This document shows positions 10,201-19,769 of a stretch of 64,000 nucleotides of DNA, in pieces (position 1 is the stretch's first letter; every line of letters begins with the position of its first letter). Origin of the DNA: Myxococcales bacterium (lineage in GTDB: Bacteria > Desulfobacterota > Binatia > HRBIN30); assembly GCA_037445065.1 (NCBI GenBank), contig JBBILD010000019.1, positions 11,938-75,937 of the forward strand, in the 5' to 3' direction. Both the position numbers and the translations under genes were made by a program. The notes under the pieces are model-generated. The model saw only the letters and a list, made by a program, of their open reading frames with translations. It did not search any database and was not told the DNA's origin.

Positions 10201-11387
10201 ACACACAGCGCTTCCGCCAACTCAGCAATGCGTTGCTCGGCGCGGGCATAATTCGCCCGTAACTCGGCGAACTGTTCTTCTGTAGCCCGAAAGCGAGCCT
10301 CCAGCTCTGCAATGCGGAGCTGCGCTGCGGCTTCTGCCTCCTCCAACCGGCGCCGCCATTCCTCTTCCGCAGCAAGCTGCTCTGCTCGCCGCTGCTCGAT
10401 AAGATGCTCGAGAATCTCCCGTTCGCGCGCCCGCTCCTCTGCCGCGCATTTCAGCTCATGTTCGAGGCGAGCAATTTCGTCTGCCGCTGACTGCTCGCGC
10501 ATTTGCACGCTGCACAACGCAGCTCGGGTGCGGTCGATCTCGCGTTCGAGTTCGAGGGTGCGATTCTGCGCCTCCTCGAGACTGCGAGCGATCGCGTCTC
10601 GCTCTTGTTGCCATTCGGTGCGTTCACGGCCGCGCTGCTCTTCCCACAGCGCGCGCTCAGCGGCCAGCGCTGCTTCTCGCTCGCGCGCTCGCTCGGCCCA
10701 GTGCGCGCAAGCCTCTTCTAATTGGGCGTGTCGCTGGGTTGCCTCGGCGAGGCGCGCTGCCCACTCCGCGCGCATGCCCTGGAACTCCTGGAGCTGCTGG
10801 CGCGCTTGCAACAGCGCTTGTTCGAGTTCCTGTTGTTGTTGGAAGCTCGCTTCGGCTTGCTGTTTCCAGTGGAGCACCTGCTCCTGGTCTTGTTGCCGCG
10901 CCCGCTCGAGTTCGGCCACCCGCGCCAAGATCGAGTCGAGTTGGTGTTGCGCTCCTTCCCGCTCTTTCTCGAGGCGCTGCACTTCTGAGGTAAGGACTTC
11001 GTTTTCGGTTTCCAAGTCTGCGATGCGGCATTGGGCTGCCTCGACAAGGGAAGCGAGCTCGTGGTAACGCTGCTGCCAGTGGCTCGCCTGGGCGCGCTGA
11101 TTCTCGGCGGTGGCCTGCGCCTGGGAGAGTGCTTCCTCGAGCTGGGCTCGCACTTGCTGCGTCGCTCGTTTGAGCGCTTCCACTTGCGCCTGCGCTTCGC
11201 GGAGGCGGGCTTCGGCGAGATGCACCTTTTCCCGGGCGGCGGCTTCCTGCATTTGCAGGCGGCGCAGCAGGGAGTCTCGCTCCTGGCGGAGCGCGACGAC
11301 CGTAGACTGGAGAAGGATGACGTCTTCGGGACTCAGGTTGCCGCCACTTGCGGCGGGTGCTGGTGCGCGCGAGTTTCGCTCGCTCAT
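7224..11387 (-). CDS. Very long coiled-coil protein with two C-terminal degenerate receiver domains
   Basis: About 1090 aa of E/Q/A/R/L heptad-like sequence, then IVHLEE...LVLVVNLL and KVLVASND...PDVVLVDLSLPRAEGLRLVSRLRSDEKTARLP. Confidence 0.8.
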   Translation of the reverse strand: MSERNSRAPAPAASGGNLSPEDVILLQSTVVALRQERDSLLRRLQMQEAAAREKVHLAEARLREAQAQVEALKRATQQVRAQLEEALSQAQATAENQRAQASHWQQRYHELASLVEAAQCRIADLETENEVLTSEVQRLEKEREGAQHQLDSILARVAELERARQQDQEQVLHWKQQAEASFQQQQELEQALLQARQQLQEFQGMRAEWAARLAEATQRHAQLEEACAHWAERAREREAALAAERALWEEQRGRERTEWQQERDAIARSLEEAQNRTLELEREIDRTRAALCSVQMREQSAADEIARLEHELKCAAEERAREREILEHLIEQRRAEQLAAEEEWRRRLEEAEAAAQLRIAELEARFRATEEQFAELRANYARAEQRIAELAEALCVRDESLASAARRTADLEAALAEVSRSRSELEEALEQLRHDSEAHRQAAQQARAQLESARTLLASARAELALASRAYSDQLLRHNEQVLSLLDERGHLERSCLHLQALLAESRRRLEQSTVLLHVQGLHAAQAAAAREQLEAQLRDAQHWLEAQRTAYEDAIRWRECERVGLAGRLAEQVRALGQLWEACSELARAMETLQAERDSFQQSLTREAAAAAEARERLHSLEAELFAHRDRAAATIESLQGTLAQRDRDLLELRESLEASQQARLAAEERQQALQAEFLEVSNRLSSLQEEYASLCETIGSATAQFQQRIAALEEELARAQDTSQELALRIAEYAERERELEARLASREEEVGHLRFEVTQVREQVQREREARGAAEEIAAEAKRQWEALQEQAVSILQGQEVLANENDALRRAQQELELQLDRLLQEREQAVRAGTEAARKAEQLQALLLHQQREFAAVRQQLDSERTSLRDALEAARAQQAQLTAQVTQLQQEVARAKERRGPAASFDLVELERERTELRAQVEKLSAVIRQLGQEREEQRVAALQAQAGLNARIEELAAERSSLALRVAELETLSTQLERECDRLRRERLSPEELRRHKAEIARLEARVEELERLRAEATQNHSAVVANYMLELNQRAEALQQKEAEIQQLRAELTAMQQMYEELQLKLDQERDERNALSSQLDELRRTVGSSRSKAATKESPERETKPVVQLRFADSSVPAPAKAKPALVLDGATIVHLEESREYREAIQRLAKSIPNSRYWNTLDVQQLDRVAPLVLVVNLLNRAHDPIAAITHASADDPTRHVFAYCAEGKFGFFFGPATFFPAPLEPSTCAAWLMGNLGAVHKVLVASNDIEMTSQLRTELNRVRCSTSVALDLRQVLDLLPLIQPDVVLVDLSLPRAEGLRLVSRLRSDEKTARLPLAVLLPPPQKVSEFRQTAQRAAREGTLTPATLLKAVSTELGVPIEDAESATEAMPGAKPQAS

Positions 11388-11405
11388 CGGGACCTCATCC
11401 TTGGC

Positions 11406-14400
11406 TTAGGAATCGCCTGCCAAATGTGCGGGGAGGATCTCGGGCCCGGCGACCCGCACCATCTCCTCGATGAGTTGTTCCTTAGTGAAAGGTTTGGTCA
11501 GATACCCTTGGGCGCCCACTTCGGCAGCGCGAGTGCGGTGTTTGTCGCTCGAGCGGGAGCTGCAGACGATGATGGGTAGGTGCTGCAGTGCTGGCTGCCG
11601 ACGCACCTCGGCGATCAGTTCGTACCCGTGCATCCGGGGCATCTCGAGATCGGTAATGATCAGGCGAAAACGACCGCTAGCGAGTTTGTCGAGCGCGTCC
11701 AAGCCGTCAACAGCGGTGTCGACCTCCCACCCTTCGCTTTGCAAGAAACGGCTGGCCATTTTGCGCACGCTGATGGAGTCGTCCACCACGAGGATTGCCT
11801 CTGGCTGCCGGACCGTGTCTTGCGCCTTGGCCTCCAAAATAAAGGTGGAGGGATGTGCCCCCCGCTGGTGGAGGAGGTCGAAGAGGTGGCCGACGTGCAA
11901 CGTGAAGATCACGGTGCCGTCGCCCGAGATGGTGGCGCTCGACAGAAACGGGTGGTGTTCCAGCAGTGGGCCTAGGGGTTGTAGCACGGCCTCGCGTTGC
12001 GGCTCGACCCGATCCACGACCAGAGCCATGAGTTGATCCGCACTGCGCAGGAGCAACCCCATGGAAGACTCGGCTACCACCGGCTGCCCCACCAGGGCAC
12101 CCAAGAACAACATTGGCACGAGTTCGTTGCGCACCTGAAGCATGGCCTGGCCGTCCACGGTGACGATTTCCTCTGCGCGAACGGCCACGGCTTGTTCCAC
12201 GTAGTCCGCGCCGATCGCATAGGTCTGCTCACCAACGTGGAGGAGCAGCACTTCGTCTATGCTGGTGCTGATGGGCAGGAGCAAGCGAATCGTCGTTCCT
12301 TCGTAGTCCCGCGATTCCACCTGCAAGCTGCCGTTCAGGGCGGCAATATCGCGCGCCACGACATCCATCCCGACGCCGCGGCCGGCAAGATCGGTGACTT
12401 GTTCTCCAGTGCTGAACCCGGGCTGAAAGATCAGTGAGAGCAACTGCTCCCGGGTCGGCGAAACCCCGGGCGGAATCATCCCGAGACTCCGGCCTTTCGC
12501 AAGGATGGCGTCGTAGTTGATCCCGCGCCCGTCGTCACTGACCTCGATGGCGACCGTGTTATGCCGGGGCTGAGCCGTAATGCGGATTGTGCCAGCGGTC
12601 GACTTACCCCGCGCTTGGCGTTCCGCAGGTGGCTCGATGCCGTGAGAGACGGCGTTGCGTACCAGGTGCAAAAGCGGTGCGTGCAGTGCCTCGACGATCC
12701 CTTTATCGAGCTGGACGTCCCCACCCTCGAACACCAGATCCACGATTTTTTCCGCTTGCCGCGCGGCATTGCGGACGGGGCGACCAAGGCGTCGGAACAC
12801 CGTATCGAGCGGCACCATCCGCAAGCGAGTGATTTGTCGCTGGAGGGAGGAGGTAATCTTGGAAAATTGGCGCGAGTCGTCCCCGAACGACTCGATCAAG
12901 TTACCGAGCTGCTCTGCGATCTCGCCCGTATCGGTGGCAAGCTCGATCACGCTACGGGCGAGGATGTTCACGTCGTCGTATTTGTCGAATTCAAGGTCGG
13001 TAAAGAAATCGTCAGGGCGAGCCTCATCCGTGGGAGTAGCCGCATGGAGTGTGGCTTGTGCCCTGCGGTCGCCAATCGTGTACTCGTAGTGCTCTTGAAA
13101 GCCTTGAATCAAATCGGCGAGCCGGCGCCGGCAGTAATCGAGTTTGTCGCGCAGTTCCGCGAACGCCTCGATCTTGCGCTCCATGCGCGTGCGGCTGACG
13201 ACAAGCTGCGTTACTTGGTTCATCAATGTGTCCAGCCGCGAGGCATGAATGCGGACCATGCCCGATTCCCAATCGGCTTCCGGCCCCGCCTCGGCAGCAG
13301 TGGCAGGGTAGGGTTCGGTTGGTGCCTCTGCTGGCGGGGTCGCTTCCGACTCGGCAACCCCGTGTTCCATGAGCGCGGCAATCTCGGCCCCAAGATCGGC
13401 AGGCGGCCGAGTTGGAAGCGCTGCCCCACGCGCACTTTGCGCGGCCAACTTGACTGCGTCTGTGAGGCGGAAGAGGACGTCTACCAGACGTGTATTGTCG
13501 ACCCGCAAGGCGCCGTTGAGGACCGCCTCCAGAAGCGACTCGCCTTGGTGCACTTGATCCGCGATATGGTCCAATCCGACCGCGGCGGCTGCGCCCTTGA
13601 GCGTGTGAAAGCGGCGGAACAAGGCCTGTAGGATTCCGCGATCGGAGGGCTGCCGTTCGAGTTGCAAGAGCAGGCGTTCGGAGGCTTCCAGCGCCTCGTC
13701 GGCATCGAGTGCAAAGGCCTCGAGTAGCTCCGGATCAATTTCTGGCGCCGCAGGAATTGCCGCCTCTCTAGGTACCTGCGGCGATTCGAACTGCGCGAGT
13801 TCGGCATCGGGCGGTGCGAGCTGCGCACTGGTGAAGATGGCGCGGATCGTAGATTGGACGACCGGCACTGCTTCGTCGGGGAGGGAGCCGGTCTCCGCTG
13901 CCTCTCCTAGGGTATCTTGCAAATAGCGGGCAAGATCCGAGAGATCTTGGCGGCCGACCATAGCCGCGGAGCCCTTGATCGTATGGAACACCCGAGAGAG
14001 ATCGTAGTACGCACGTTGGCGCTGTGCCGCATCCGCGAGTTGGGCCAGTAAGGCAGGCACTCGCTGGAGATTTTCACGCAACTCTTCGTGAAACGCCTGC
14101 TCCAATTCGGCCAGCCATTCTTCGTCCCCCCCGCGCGAGACGGAACTGCTGTCACCGCCTGCAGCCCGCGTGGCCTGTGGTTGCCGTTGCGAATCGTGTC
14201 CGTGGAGCAAGACCCGCAGCGACTCCGAAAAGCAAAGCGTAAAGGCCGTGAACAGGTTTTCCTGGATTTCCGGGTTCGCCCCTTGGAGCGCATCGTTCAA
14301 CATCTGCTCGATGTACGGGAGGGCGGCTGCGAGTTGGCTCCGGAGTTCGCTCAAGAAATCGGTGTCCTTCTCCTTTTCTTGCAGGGCAAAGGAAGCCAGG

Positions 14401-14618
14401 CTTTCGATTCCTGCGCCTGCTTGGCTCAGGTAGGTAAGTCCTACCAAGCCCGCGCTGCCCTTGAGGGCATGGCCAGCGTCGCGCAAACGTTGAAGCGTTT
14501 CCCGCTTCTCAGAACTGCGGTGAAGCCGCTCAAGCGCTTGGCGCATGTCTCTGAGCAGGCGATGGACATCGTCGCGGAAAAGATCGCGAATTTCATCCAG
14601 GGTGAACCGGTCCGCCAT
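11406..14618 (-). CDS. cheA: CheA-like hybrid kinase (ChpA/PilL type): 3 Hpt, dimerisation, HATPase, CheW, REC
   Basis: Hpt motifs GHALKGSA, FHTIKGSA, FHTLKGAA; LHLVRNAVSHGIE, DDGRG, GRGVGMDVV; C-terminal ILVVDDS...ITDLEMPRMHG...LTKPF. Confidence 0.95.
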   Translation of the reverse strand: MADRFTLDEIRDLFRDDVHRLLRDMRQALERLHRSSEKRETLQRLRDAGHALKGSAGLVGLTYLSQAGAGIESLASFALQEKEKDTDFLSELRSQLAAALPYIEQMLNDALQGANPEIQENLFTAFTLCFSESLRVLLHGHDSQRQPQATRAAGGDSSSVSRGGDEEWLAELEQAFHEELRENLQRVPALLAQLADAAQRQRAYYDLSRVFHTIKGSAAMVGRQDLSDLARYLQDTLGEAAETGSLPDEAVPVVQSTIRAIFTSAQLAPPDAELAQFESPQVPREAAIPAAPEIDPELLEAFALDADEALEASERLLLQLERQPSDRGILQALFRRFHTLKGAAAAVGLDHIADQVHQGESLLEAVLNGALRVDNTRLVDVLFRLTDAVKLAAQSARGAALPTRPPADLGAEIAALMEHGVAESEATPPAEAPTEPYPATAAEAGPEADWESGMVRIHASRLDTLMNQVTQLVVSRTRMERKIEAFAELRDKLDYCRRRLADLIQGFQEHYEYTIGDRRAQATLHAATPTDEARPDDFFTDLEFDKYDDVNILARSVIELATDTGEIAEQLGNLIESFGDDSRQFSKITSSLQRQITRLRMVPLDTVFRRLGRPVRNAARQAEKIVDLVFEGGDVQLDKGIVEALHAPLLHLVRNAVSHGIEPPAERQARGKSTAGTIRITAQPRHNTVAIEVSDDGRGINYDAILAKGRSLGMIPPGVSPTREQLLSLIFQPGFSTGEQVTDLAGRGVGMDVVARDIAALNGSLQVESRDYEGTTIRLLLPISTSIDEVLLLHVGEQTYAIGADYVEQAVAVRAEEIVTVDGQAMLQVRNELVPMLFLGALVGQPVVAESSMGLLLRSADQLMALVVDRVEPQREAVLQPLGPLLEHHPFLSSATISGDGTVIFTLHVGHLFDLLHQRGAHPSTFILEAKAQDTVRQPEAILVVDDSISVRKMASRFLQSEGWEVDTAVDGLDALDKLASGRFRLIITDLEMPRMHGYELIAEVRRQPALQHLPIIVCSSRSSDKHRTRAAEVGAQGYLTKPFTKEQLIEEMVRVAGPEILPAHLAGDS

Positions 14619-14648
14619 GGCTTCCCCCCTACCGCTGCCCACCCAGGA

Positions 14649-17279
14649 TTACGAAAAAACGGCGGCGCGGCCGTTGCCGCGGCGGGCACTGCCCGCTTCC
14701 GCCTCGTCGCCAGCGGCTCCGTCGCTGCCCTCTCCTGTAGAGGCAGCCAGCGTGTCTTCGGTCCGTTCTTCGGGTACTTCGCTCTCGGGCACTCGGAACA
14801 GGCCGATTTGCTCGTTGAGTTGCTTGGCCACCTCGAAGAGGCTGGCAGAGTTTTGCTGGGTGCGTTCGGAAGCGAGCTCTGCCTGGCGAGCGACTTCGGA
14901 AATGCTCTGCATGGCCTCACTGACCTGGCGCGCTGTGGCGGCTTGCTCGTTGGTGGCCTGGGAGATCTCGCCGATGAGTTCGGCGCTTTGCGCGGACGCC
15001 TGCAGAATTTCCTCCAAGCTGCCCCCAGCGTCGAACACGAGTTTCGTTTGCTCTTCGACGTATTGTGCCTGCCGCTCGATGTTTCCGACCGCATCGTTGG
15101 TTTCTGCTTGGATGGAGGCGATCAACTCGGCAATCTCGCGAGTGGCTGCCTCCGTTTGCTCGGCGAGTTTGCGGACCTCGTCGGCGACCACGCTGAAACC
15201 AAGGCCGTGTTCTCCCGCACGCGACGCTTCGATTGCCGCGTTCAGAGCCAGCATGTTGGTTTGCGCGGAAATCTTCTGGATCGTGTTCGTGATTGTCGAG
15301 ATTTCCATCGAACGTTCGCCGAGGCGTTTGATTTTTACCGCTGCGGCCCGCGTGTTTTTCTGCAGGGCGTCCATGCCTGCAATCACGCGCTTGACGACTT
15401 CTCCACCAGCCTGTGCGGCCGCTTCCGTTTTGCGAGCGGCTTCCGCGGCAACCTCGGCGTCCGTCTGCACGGCCTGGATGCGGTTCGTCATGTTCTGCAC
15501 GGACTCCGTCGTGTGCAGGATCTCCTGGCTTTGCCGCGCCGCGCCCTGGGCCAGTTGGTCTGCGGAACTGCGAATCTCGGTGGCAGCGTCGAACACGCGC
15601 ACCGAGGCGCCGCGCAGGTGCTGAATCAAGGCACCAACGTTCTCGAACATGAGGTTCAAGGCGTCGGCCAAGTTGCCGAGCGTGCCGCTACCCACCACAG
15701 CGCGCTGGGTAAAATCGCCGTCCGCTGCTGCAGCGACCACCATCAGCAAATCGCGAATTTCCTTTTGCAGGCGGCGATGGTCTTCTTCGGCTTGTACGAG
15801 AGCGTCCACCCGCTCGTCCAGGGCCTGGTTCAAACCGGAGGCGAGTAAGCCGAGTTCGTTGCGGGCGCGCACCTTTGCACGGGCGCGGTAGTTTCCTTGC
15901 TGAATCTCCGCCATGACATTGGCGAGGGCACGAACCGGACGAGTGAGACTCGTCGAAAGCAGCAAAGCAACGAGTACGAACCCGCCGATCAAGGCACCCG
16001 ACAGACCCATGGTCATCTTCCGCAGTTGCGTAACAGGTTGGAGTGCCTCCTCCTCGCTGATCTCGGCGACCACCACCCAATCGAGGCCGTGTAGGTTCTC
16101 AAGCGGCGCCGACGTGCCTAATACCCGGACTCCGCGGTAGTTCGTGTACTGGCCGGAAAACTCCGGCTGGCCAGGCTCGAGACGAGTCGCTGGCGTGTCC
16201 ACCTTGACCTGAAGGACTGCTGTCTGCCGCGCGGCAATGTCCTTGTGGACCGAGCCCAACTCGCTCAAAAAGCGTGATTCACTGCGCAGCAGGAGATCTT
16301 TATCGCCGAGGCCCACCAGGTACGTCTCGCCCGTCTGTCCCAAGCCCGCCCGGGTCCAGTCATTGTCGGTGGTCATGATCCCGTTGATCTCGTCGATGTT
16401 TAATTGCACGATGAGCACACCGGTCTTTTGCCCGGCCTCGAAAATCGGCGTGCCAGCAAAAGCGGTGGGTCGGTTGTGTTGCGCGAAGTAGGGGGTGAAG
16501 TCGGTAATCAAATAGTCACCTTCGCGTGCCTCGGTTTGTAACCGCTGGAAAAGCTGGCCGAGGCCGCTTTGTGCCCACCGCCCTTCGCTGAGGTTTACCT
16601 GGTAATCGGGGCCTTTGTTCACAGAGTAGACGACCCGAGCCGAGCTGCCGTCTACGAGGTAGATGTCCTCGTAACGGAAGCGGACAGCAGTATTGACGAA
16701 CACCGGATGCCAGACAGCGTGGTAGCCGCTGTAGCGCGTGTTGTCTTTGGCGTTCTCCAGCAGCAGTTTGCGGGTCGGAGGGTTCGGGTTATTGGCAATG
16801 TACTGTCCCTGCAAATAAACGCCCGAGCGGTTGGCGGGTAGCACTTCGGAAAGAGTGAGCAGCTTGTTTTCGATCTCTTTGCCAAAGAACGTCGTGAAAT
16901 ACTGCTTGATCGCCTCCTGTAAGGGCCGCAGCTTCTCGGCCTCAGTGACCGGGTCAGAGTCCAATTCCTTGCTGGAGGCAGCAAACTGCCGCATCGCCAG
17001 CGCGGTGCTCGGGTTCTTTGCCAAGCTCAGCACCTGGTCTTCGAGGCCGTTCAGGTAACGCTCCACCTCGCGCTGCTTGTTGTCGCGGACAGTGGCGAGT
17101 TGCCGCAAAGCTTGTTTGCGGAGCGAGTCGGAGGCGATCTCATAGCCGATGTAACCAACGGCTGCGATGGCCACCACAGCGAGCGGCACAAAGGCGATCA
17201 AGAGTTGCCACAGGATCGGAAAGCGAACCCTCGCGCGCTTGCCGGCTTTGCCTTCCTGCGTCTTGGAATTGGAAGCCAT
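14649..17279 (-). CDS. Methyl-accepting chemotaxis protein (PilJ-like) with periplasmic Cache-type sensor and HAMP
   Basis: Two TM segments, HAMP (RPVRALA...[11 protein letters not shown]), hairpin tip [35 protein letters not shown]; true start probably MASNSK at 17279 (GGGGAGG SD). Confidence 0.95.
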   Translation of the reverse strand: MASNSKTQEGKAGKRARVRFPILWQLLIAFVPLAVVAIAAVGYIGYEIASDSLRKQALRQLATVRDNKQREVERYLNGLEDQVLSLAKNPSTALAMRQFAASSKELDSDPVTEAEKLRPLQEAIKQYFTTFFGKEIENKLLTLSEVLPANRSGVYLQGQYIANNPNPPTRKLLLENAKDNTRYSGYHAVWHPVFVNTAVRFRYEDIYLVDGSSARVVYSVNKGPDYQVNLSEGRWAQSGLGQLFQRLQTEAREGDYLITDFTPYFAQHNRPTAFAGTPIFEAGQKTGVLIVQLNIDEINGIMTTDNDWTRAGLGQTGETYLVGLGDKDLLLRSESRFLSELGSVHKDIAARQTAVLQVKVDTPATRLEPGQPEFSGQYTNYRGVRVLGTSAPLENLHGLDWVVVAEISEEEALQPVTQLRKMTMGLSGALIGGFVLVALLLSTSLTRPVRALANVMAEIQQGNYRARAKVRARNELGLLASGLNQALDERVDALVQAEEDHRRLQKEIRDLLMVVAAAADGDFTQRAVVGSGTLGNLADALNLMFENVGALIQHLRGASVRVFDAATEIRSSADQLAQGAARQSQEILHTTESVQNMTNRIQAVQTDAEVAAEAARKTEAAAQAGGEVVKRVIAGMDALQKNTRAAAVKIKRLGERSMEISTITNTIQKISAQTNMLALNAAIEASRAGEHGLGFSVVADEVRKLAEQTEAATREIAELIASIQAETNDAVGNIERQAQYVEEQTKLVFDAGGSLEEILQASAQSAELIGEISQATNEQAATARQVSEAMQSISEVARQAELASERTQQNSASLFEVAKQLNEQIGLFRVPESEVPEERTEDTLAASTGEGSDGAAGDEAEAGSARRGNGRAAVFS

Positions 17280-17299
17280 TTGGGAACCCTCCCCCTGCT

Positions 17300-17866
17300 T
17301 CAGATTTCCGATGGGTATCGCGTCGCCGATGGTTCCGTACGAAAGGCTTCGAAGCCCTTGCGCATGTGTTCCACGGCGGCGCGAGTCAGCGAATCTGGAT
17401 CCAACACGAGTACCTGCCCGGCGGCCGATTCCCACACCCCCTTCACATGCGCCGACAGGCGTTGCGCCTCGGGTGTTCGGACCTCCTGAGGTGGAATCGG
17501 CCTGACTTCGCGAACGCGGTCCACGATGAGTCCCATCTGCACGTTGCCACGTTGCACGACCAGGATTTGATCCTCGGGGAGTAGCGGTTTCCACTCGAAA
17601 CCGACGAGCAGATCGAAATATACGAGGGGCAGAACCTCGCCGCGCAAGTTGATGACCCCGGCCAGGAGCTGCGGTGCGTGAGGCACGGGAGCAGGCAGTT
17701 CGTCAATGAGAACCTCGCGCGCTGCCTGGATGGTCAACGCGAACCACTGCCCATGGCGCGTGAAGAGGCAATGCTCTTGCCCGAGTTGGGCCAGTCGCTC
17801 GCTGAGTTGGTCGTTGAGATCAATTTGAGCAGGGATCGGGGTTGGGTTCTCTGCTGCGCGACTCAT
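17300..17866 (-). CDS. cheW: CheW/PilI coupling protein
   Basis: [23 protein letters not shown]...MGLIVDRV; start MSRAAEN at 17866 overlaps the upstream stop. Confidence 0.92.
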   Translation of the reverse strand: MSRAAENPTPIPAQIDLNDQLSERLAQLGQEHCLFTRHGQWFALTIQAAREVLIDELPAPVPHAPQLLAGVINLRGEVLPLVYFDLLVGFEWKPLLPEDQILVVQRGNVQMGLIVDRVREVRPIPPQEVRTPEAQRLSAHVKGVWESAAGQVLVLDPDSLTRAAVEHMRKGFEAFRTEPSATRYPSEI

Positions 17867-18222
17867 ACGTATTTCCGCACGAGATTCAGCAAATCGCTGG
17901 GCGAAAACGGTTTGGTTAGGTAGTCCGCGGCACCTTGTTTCTGTCCCCAAAAGCGATCGCTTTCGCCGTTCTTGGAGCTCACGATGATGACCGGAATGTG
18001 CTTGGTGCTGGGGTCGCGCTTGAGCTGACGGCAGGTGGCGAAGCCGTCCTGCCCGGGCATTACAATGTCGAGCAGGATCAAGTCGGGCTGCTCTGCCTTG
18101 GCCCGCTCCATCGCCTCCACGCCGTTGCTGGCGCGAATGCACTCGTAGCCAGCCGGCCGCAAGGTATCCGCCATCAACTGCACGTCGCTGCGAACATCAT
18201 CCACGATCAAAATCTTCGGCAT
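17863..18222 (-). CDS. pilH: Single-domain response regulator, PilH-like
   Basis: KILIVDD...LILLDIVMPGQDGFATCRQLKRDPSTKHIPVIIVSSKNGESDRFWGQKQGAADYLTKPF; the SDRxWGxxQGA signature is characteristic of PilH. Confidence 0.88.
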   Translation of the reverse strand: MPKILIVDDVRSDVQLMADTLRPAGYECIRASNGVEAMERAKAEQPDLILLDIVMPGQDGFATCRQLKRDPSTKHIPVIIVSSKNGESDRFWGQKQGAADYLTKPFSPSDLLNLVRKYV

Positions 18223-18249
18223 GGTGCTTCCTTCTCCTCGTTGCAGCTC

Positions 18250-19743
18250 TCATGAATCCGCCATGGAATCCGAGCCTAAGAACGGACTGCCACTTACTTG
18301 GATCTCCGCCTCTACGGGGGCTCTCCTCGTTTCCTCCAGCGCGGAGAGTGTTGGAGACGATTCTGAAGCCTGCGCGTCGCTCGATTCGAAGTCGAACACG
18401 GAGTCGAGCAGTCGGGAGATCCCGCGCTCGGAAAGCGCGGCTTGCCGCGCAGCAGGGTCCTCCCAGTTCGCGGGCGTCGGCCGATCCGGGCTGGACACGC
18501 CGATCACTTCGCTTTGGGCCCACTCTGGCAAGCGGGCTGCCGTGCGCAGTTGCTCCCACAATGCGCCGGAAGGTGCCACTTCGGTTACGACCAGTGACGG
18601 AGCAAGCAGGCGGAGCATCATCGGCAACTGGCGGAAGCCTTCGCAAATCGTGAACGCCTGCCACTCTGGGTGCGCGGCCAGCAGGGCGGGGACTTGCCGC
18701 CACATCGTTCCACCCTTGTGACAGAGAACCAGGACGCGCTGCTTTTGTGGGGGGGCCTCGTTGCTCACCGCTGCAGCGGAAGTGGCCCGGAACAACAGGC
18801 GGCAGGCCCGCCGGAAGATCTCATGCAAAGAGCCGTCGAGAGAACGAACGGAGCCATCGCTGTACATGAGGTATTTGGCTCCCGAACGGGCGTGGCGGAC
18901 ACCCTCGGCCAGTTCCTTGGAGAGCGCCTCGAGCAGGTCTACGTAGGACTTTGCCTGATCGGCGGCGGCACCCAGCGGGGTGTCGACCTCCTCGACGTAC
19001 ACACCCTCGATACTTGCACGTAGGGTCTCGAACATGAGGTCCAGCGCCTCGCGCCGTTCCGCCTCGCTGGCAAACGCGGGAAGCGAACTCTCCACGGGAA
19101 CCGCCTCTGGGCGGGCTCTCCGCGGTGCTCGGGGCGCGGCGGCTGGGCGCGGCGGCCTTTCGGCGGGAGGTTTTGCAACCATCGCTTCCGCGGGGAACGG
19201 CGGGGTTGCAGGAATGTGGTCGTGGAAGGCTGGAGGCGGAGGTGGCGACGGCGGCGGTGCGGCGGTGGCCATTTCCTCCGCAGCCGGCTCGGGTGATGGC
19301 ATGGGCGGGAGGGAGAGTCCCTCGGCTTCGTGAACGGGCACGGCCGCCTTTACCTGTTCGCCGGCTGCCGTCTTTGCCAATACTTCGGCCACGATGCCGG
19401 TGACCACCTGGGGTTTGAACGGCTTGGCGATGTAGCTCACCACGTTGGTCGCATCCCGGTACGCCTGGCGGATCTCTGCCCCTTTGGCGGATACCAGAAT
19501 CACCGGGATGTGAGCGGTCTCGGGGTCAAGGGCGAGATGCTGGCAGACCTCGCTCCCTCTCATGTCGGGCAAGATGAAATCGAGCAGGATGACGTCAGGT
19601 TTGAACGATTTTGCTTTGGCGAGGGCGTCTGCGCCATCCACTGCCAGCTCGAGTTCGTACCCAGCGGGCCTCAAGACGATTTCCAGTGCCTTGCGGATGG
19701 TAAGGCTGTCGTCGACGCCAAGAACTCGTGCTCTTCGTTCCAT
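18250..19743 (-). CDS. Response regulator: N-terminal REC, Pro-rich linker, unknown domain, pseudo-receiver
   Basis: VLGVDDSLTIRK...ILLDFILPD...IAKPF; PPPSPPPPP linker; later RVLVLCH...APSLVVTEV. Confidence 0.8.
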   Translation of the reverse strand: MERRARVLGVDDSLTIRKALEIVLRPAGYELELAVDGADALAKAKSFKPDVILLDFILPDMRGSEVCQHLALDPETAHIPVILVSAKGAEIRQAYRDATNVVSYIAKPFKPQVVTGIVAEVLAKTAAGEQVKAAVPVHEAEGLSLPPMPSPEPAAEEMATAAPPPSPPPPPAFHDHIPATPPFPAEAMVAKPPAERPPRPAAAPRAPRRARPEAVPVESSLPAFASEAERREALDLMFETLRASIEGVYVEEVDTPLGAAADQAKSYVDLLEALSKELAEGVRHARSGAKYLMYSDGSVRSLDGSLHEIFRRACRLLFRATSAAAVSNEAPPQKQRVLVLCHKGGTMWRQVPALLAAHPEWQAFTICEGFRQLPMMLRLLAPSLVVTEVAPSGALWEQLRTAARLPEWAQSEVIGVSSPDRPTPANWEDPAARQAALSERGISRLLDSVFDFESSDAQASESSPTLSALEETRRAPVEAEIQVSGSPFLGSDSMADS

Positions 19744-19769
19744 AGAATCGAACTCCGTCCCCTAGGAAA

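Noticed and set aside
8100..11387. Coiled-coil gene as SMC or phage tape-measure protein
   Set aside because: No Walker motifs, no hinge, no phage genes nearby; it is in the che operon.
14088..15848. 586-aa and 359-aa plus-strand ORFs over the MCP/CheA genes
   Set aside because: Typical antisense shadows of MCP signalling domains in GC-rich DNA.
17280..17594. 105-aa N-terminal extension of the MCP in the ORF track
   Set aside because: Overlaps cheW in another frame; a good SD precedes ATG 17279.
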